DNA of 64,000 nt from Candidatus Latescibacterota bacterium (GTDB lineage Bacteria; Latescibacterota; UBA2968; UBA8231): NCBI GenBank assembly GCA_965197905.1, contig CBDAOB010000005.1, positions 1,952,001 to 2,016,000 on the forward strand, read 5' to 3'. This document shows positions 61,054 to 64,000 of this stretch, piece after piece (position 1 is the first letter of the stretch; each line of letters begins with the position of its first letter). The notes under the pieces were generated by a model that saw only the letters and a program-made list of their open reading frames with translations, was not told the DNA's origin and did no database searches. Made by a program: the position numbers and the translations under genes.

Positions 61054-61845
61054 TTATCGAACGACGCCAAGATCGTTGACCGCGCGGTCCAGGGTGCTGT
61101 CTTGGATCTGGATCGCCCGCTGGTCCGCTTCGTAGGATCTGAACACGTCAATCATTTTAACCATCTCGAGCACCGGCTCGACGTTGGCCTCCTCGAGGAA
61201 ACCCTGCGATACTTGGAAATCCTCTGCGGGAATTTGGGTGGCGCCCGGATCGGGAATAAACAGGCCGTCCTTTGATTTGTTCAGGACCGGCTGAAACGGA
61301 CTTTGCGCTTTGAAGTTGCGATCGTAGAGCTGCGGAAAATCCACCACCTGTAGACGGGCAATCCGCGTATCTTCTCCCGTCAATTCGTCACGGCCGCGTA
61401 CTACCCCGTTTCCGTCCACCAGAGGCACCTGAAAATTCTCAGGTATCGCGATCTGAGCACCGTTTTCATCAAGTACCGGGTAGCCCATCGGAGTCACCAG
61501 GGTACCCTGATTGTCCTTGGCGAAATTGCCGTTGCGGGTATACTGGACCCCTTCCGGGGTTTGAATCGTAAAAAACCCCTTACCCGAGATCGCCATGTCG
61601 AACATGTCGCCCGTGCGACGTAGCTGGGCTTGCTCGAAATCGGTCCAAATCCCTTCGAATCGATTTATGCGCCAATCTGGATAATCACCGGAGAGCCGTT
61701 TCTTGGCTTCCTGGACTTCGCGCAAAAACAGGCTGTCCCGCTTGAACCCCGGCACCTCCGTGTTGGCCAGGTTATTGGCTATAGCCTCGTGACGAGTCGA
61801 TTTTGGCAACATTCCAGATGCGGAGATGAACAACCCTTCTATCAT
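61054..61845 (-). CDS. flgF: Proximal rod protein FlgF
   Basis: ANNLAN..PGFK, YTRNGNF and QGFLEEANV..EMVKMI; first gene before flgG. Confidence 0.85.
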   Translation of the reverse strand: MIEGLFISASGMLPKSTRHEAIANNLANTEVPGFKRDSLFLREVQEAKKRLSGDYPDWRINRFEGIWTDFEQAQLRRTGDMFDMAISGKGFFTIQTPEGVQYTRNGNFAKDNQGTLVTPMGYPVLDENGAQIAIPENFQVPLVDGNGVVRGRDELTGEDTRIARLQVVDFPQLYDRNFKAQSPFQPVLNKSKDGLFIPDPGATQIPAEDFQVSQGFLEEANVEPVLEMVKMIDVFRSYEADQRAIQIQDSTLDRAVNDLGVVR

Positions 61846-61896
61846 GATTCTCGTTCCCTTTGAAACTGACTAGACCTATAGCTCCGGCTGCTTGGT

Positions 61897-61912
61897 AGCA
61901 AGCTATGTGCCA
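61897..61912 (-). promoter_or_regulatory. sigma54-type promoter of the flgF operon
   Basis: TGGCAC-ATAGC-TTGCT, matching the -24/-12 consensus. Confidence 0.88.
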
Positions 61913-62217
61913 CTTTCCCCCTCCCAACCTATCTTCATACGGACCAATCAGATAGCACTTGTCCGCAAGCGCCGGGCCGGAGCAGATCTCGGAAAGAATT
62001 TCCAAGCACTCTGCCTCCGTCTGCCGGCCAACGGCAGACATGGACTCCGGTTTGCTACCATCGACCTACCAAGGTTATTCCACGGGGTTACGTTTCCGCC
62101 AGACACGTCGTATGATATTGTTAATACTGTTGTTGTGATTTCTTGACCAGCGCTTTGCAGCGCCGGATATTAGAACGGTTGAGGCGATTCCATCTCGATT
62201 GTGAGCAATAGATTCTC

Positions 62218-62796
62218 GTGAGCGGCAGAGCCCTACTTTTCCTGATCGCCGGAATGAGCGCCTCCTTCCTGGTGGTACTACTCATCGTGAGTGCTGTCGT
62301 CGAGCCGGATGTGAAACGCCGTCCCAGGCGCCGCGCTCAACGGACCGGGGTCGAGATATCCCCCAGAGCACCGGCAGCCGAGACCCGGCGGGACGTGTCT
62401 CCAAAGGACGCCGTGAGTGAGACCTCTCCGCCGAGCTCCCCGGGCAGTCTGGGAACGACGGATACCCCGGTCGAAGGGAATTTGGGGAAGGCAGGCAGGA
62501 TTCGTCGGGCCGAGCAACAGGTTCGGCAGGCGGCCCAGGCGGCCCAGGAATTCAAGATTGTCCGGAATGAGCTGAAACAGCAGATCGCGGCGCTCAAACA
62601 GGAGCGCAAGCTGATGCTTGCGGAATTGGCGGGGGCTTTGGGCACGATGTCCACTAGAGAAGCGGTGGATCAGATCGAGGCGCTGGACGAAACAGCGGCT
62701 GTGGAGGTGCTACGAAGAACCTCCCAAGCGCGCCGGAAGGAAATCCTAGAAAGGCTCAGTCCGAAACGGGCACGAAGACTGCGGCGAAAGCTTTGA
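62218..62796 (+). CDS. MotE/FlbB/YlxF-like protein (TM + coiled coil + MgtE-N-like repeat)
   Basis: N-terminal TM helix; C-terminal M...A...I..LD...A..L......EIL..L.P..A pattern; adjacent to the flg operon. Confidence 0.6.
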   Translation: MSGRALLFLIAGMSASFLVVLLIVSAVVEPDVKRRPRRRAQRTGVEISPRAPAAETRRDVSPKDAVSETSPPSSPGSLGTTDTPVEGNLGKAGRIRRAEQQVRQAAQAAQEFKIVRNELKQQIAALKQERKLMLAELAGALGTMSTREAVDQIEALDETAAVEVLRRTSQARRKEILERLSPKRARRLRRKL

Positions 62797-62834
62797 GGGC
62801 GGCGGAGAATTAAGGTCGGTGTGCCCGGAGAGAT

Positions 62835-63965
62835 CTATATCAAATCGTCGTAGATCGATTGTAGTTTTGTTCCTTGGGTTCCGGCGTTGTAGTTCGCCTC
62901 GACGTGTCGGCGCCCTGACTGCCCCATCGCCAACCAGAGATCGGGATGATCTGCTAGGTGGATGATACGCTCAGCCAACGCCTCGACGTCTCTTTCGGGA
63001 GCCAGTAATCCGGATTCTTCGTCGATCACGTATTCGGGAATGTCCGCGTGTCGCGTTGCTATGACTGGCATACCGGCCGCCTGCGCATCTAGGAGAATTA
63101 CCGGTGCGCCGCCCTCGCTGTCACCATCTTTTGCGGTCACGCTCGCCTGCACCAGAATGTGGCATCGTGAAATCTCCTCAAGTACCTCGGGATAGGTCAA
63201 CGCTCCGCGCATGGTGGTGATATCCCCCAGTGAAGTCTCACGCAAAACCCTTTCGATATTCTCCTGCTCGGGCCCCTCGCCAACGACTACCAGCTCGCAT
63301 GAGAGATCCCTCGCCAACCTTGCCCGTGCCAACGCTCGCAGGGCATAGGTGATCCCTTTCTTCTCGCGGAATGGAGCACAGATAAGGAAGCGGATCCGAC
63401 CAGCGTCCGGGGAACGCGTCCGAAACTCGATGTCCGGCATGCTGACTCCCAAGTGGTGCAGCTTCACCTTGTCCCGGGGACAACCCGCTTCTTCCAAACC
63501 CTCGACCATCGCTTCCCCCTCCGCCAGGAAACAGTCCCCCTCCGCGAACAGCTCCCGATAGATCCGTTGCCACCTGGGATCCCGCTGATCCCGCGAAACA
63601 TCGTAACCATAAAACGAGGTCACCAATGGCAGTCCGGTCTGCCGCTTGGCACGCAGGCATCTACATCCTTGATGACCGAAATGAGCGTGAATAAGATCGA
63701 CCCCCTCCCGTCGCAGAATCGGGGCATAAAACGGATACATTCCGGTAATGCGGCGGGCAAACCGATTGCCCAGCCGTTTCATCAAAGGGTATGCCTCCGC
63801 CGAATATACCTTGGCGGCGGCAAAACGATCGGCGTTCAGCTGCTCTTGGGTCAATACGATCGAGCGATACCGATCCAGGTGGATCAGTTGCGCATAGAGC
63901 CAGATGTTGTTCGCCTGAAGATAGGGTGTTGCACAATGAGCTACGGTATTTCGATCTTGGCTCAT
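62835..63965 (-). CDS. GT4 glycosyltransferase (WcaL-like)
   Basis: IHAHFG, SFYGYD, EKKG, SVTAKDGDSEGGAP and TRHADIPE. Confidence 0.92.
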   Translation of the reverse strand: MSQDRNTVAHCATPYLQANNIWLYAQLIHLDRYRSIVLTQEQLNADRFAAAKVYSAEAYPLMKRLGNRFARRITGMYPFYAPILRREGVDLIHAHFGHQGCRCLRAKRQTGLPLVTSFYGYDVSRDQRDPRWQRIYRELFAEGDCFLAEGEAMVEGLEEAGCPRDKVKLHHLGVSMPDIEFRTRSPDAGRIRFLICAPFREKKGITYALRALARARLARDLSCELVVVGEGPEQENIERVLRETSLGDITTMRGALTYPEVLEEISRCHILVQASVTAKDGDSEGGAPVILLDAQAAGMPVIATRHADIPEYVIDEESGLLAPERDVEALAERIIHLADHPDLWLAMGQSGRRHVEANYNAGTQGTKLQSIYDDLI

Positions 63966-64000
63966 CGCTTCTGGCTCGCGCAAGTTGCGGCGAGACTCTT

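Noticed and set aside
1..64000. CRISPR arrays, tRNA/rRNA, transposases, integrases or invertases
   Set aside because: None recognised by eye; the repeated DNA seen is explained by flagellin paralogy and FliD internal repeats.

Overview
Bacterial genomic window of moderately high GC. The FlgD-Ig/sorting-type C-terminal tail and the gene content suggest an FCB-superphylum organism such as Latescibacterota; this is an inference only. Housekeeping blocks look intact: rplM-rpsI-rpsB-tsf-frr (without pyrH), queA-ispDF-dedA, fused ECF ATPase-pyrC, hrcA-grpE-dnaK-dnaJ-mrp-nuoB-prmA-rsmE-SH3/TPR-rnhB/yraN, and glnA. They are interleaved with a large flagellar regulon. It has five flagellin paralogues (four with sigma28-type promoters, one with a sigma54-type promoter, all with GGA/CsrA-type leader motifs), flaG-fliD-fliS-FlgN/FliT-like, an FlgM-like protein with a duplicated sigma-binding domain, and an orphan fliG. 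A sigma54-type operon flgF-G-A-H-I-J-N-K-L-fliW-csrA ends in a ~1,860-codon multi-domain glycosyltransferase/methyltransferase/TPR gene. Three surface or flagellar genes carry lesions: an internal inversion plus probable deletion in a giant fliD, a frameshift plus probable deletions in the glycosyltransferase, and loss of the catalytic Asp region in a secreted subtilase. These may be real decay or amplification/assembly artefacts. I saw no tRNA, rRNA, CRISPR array or mobile element.
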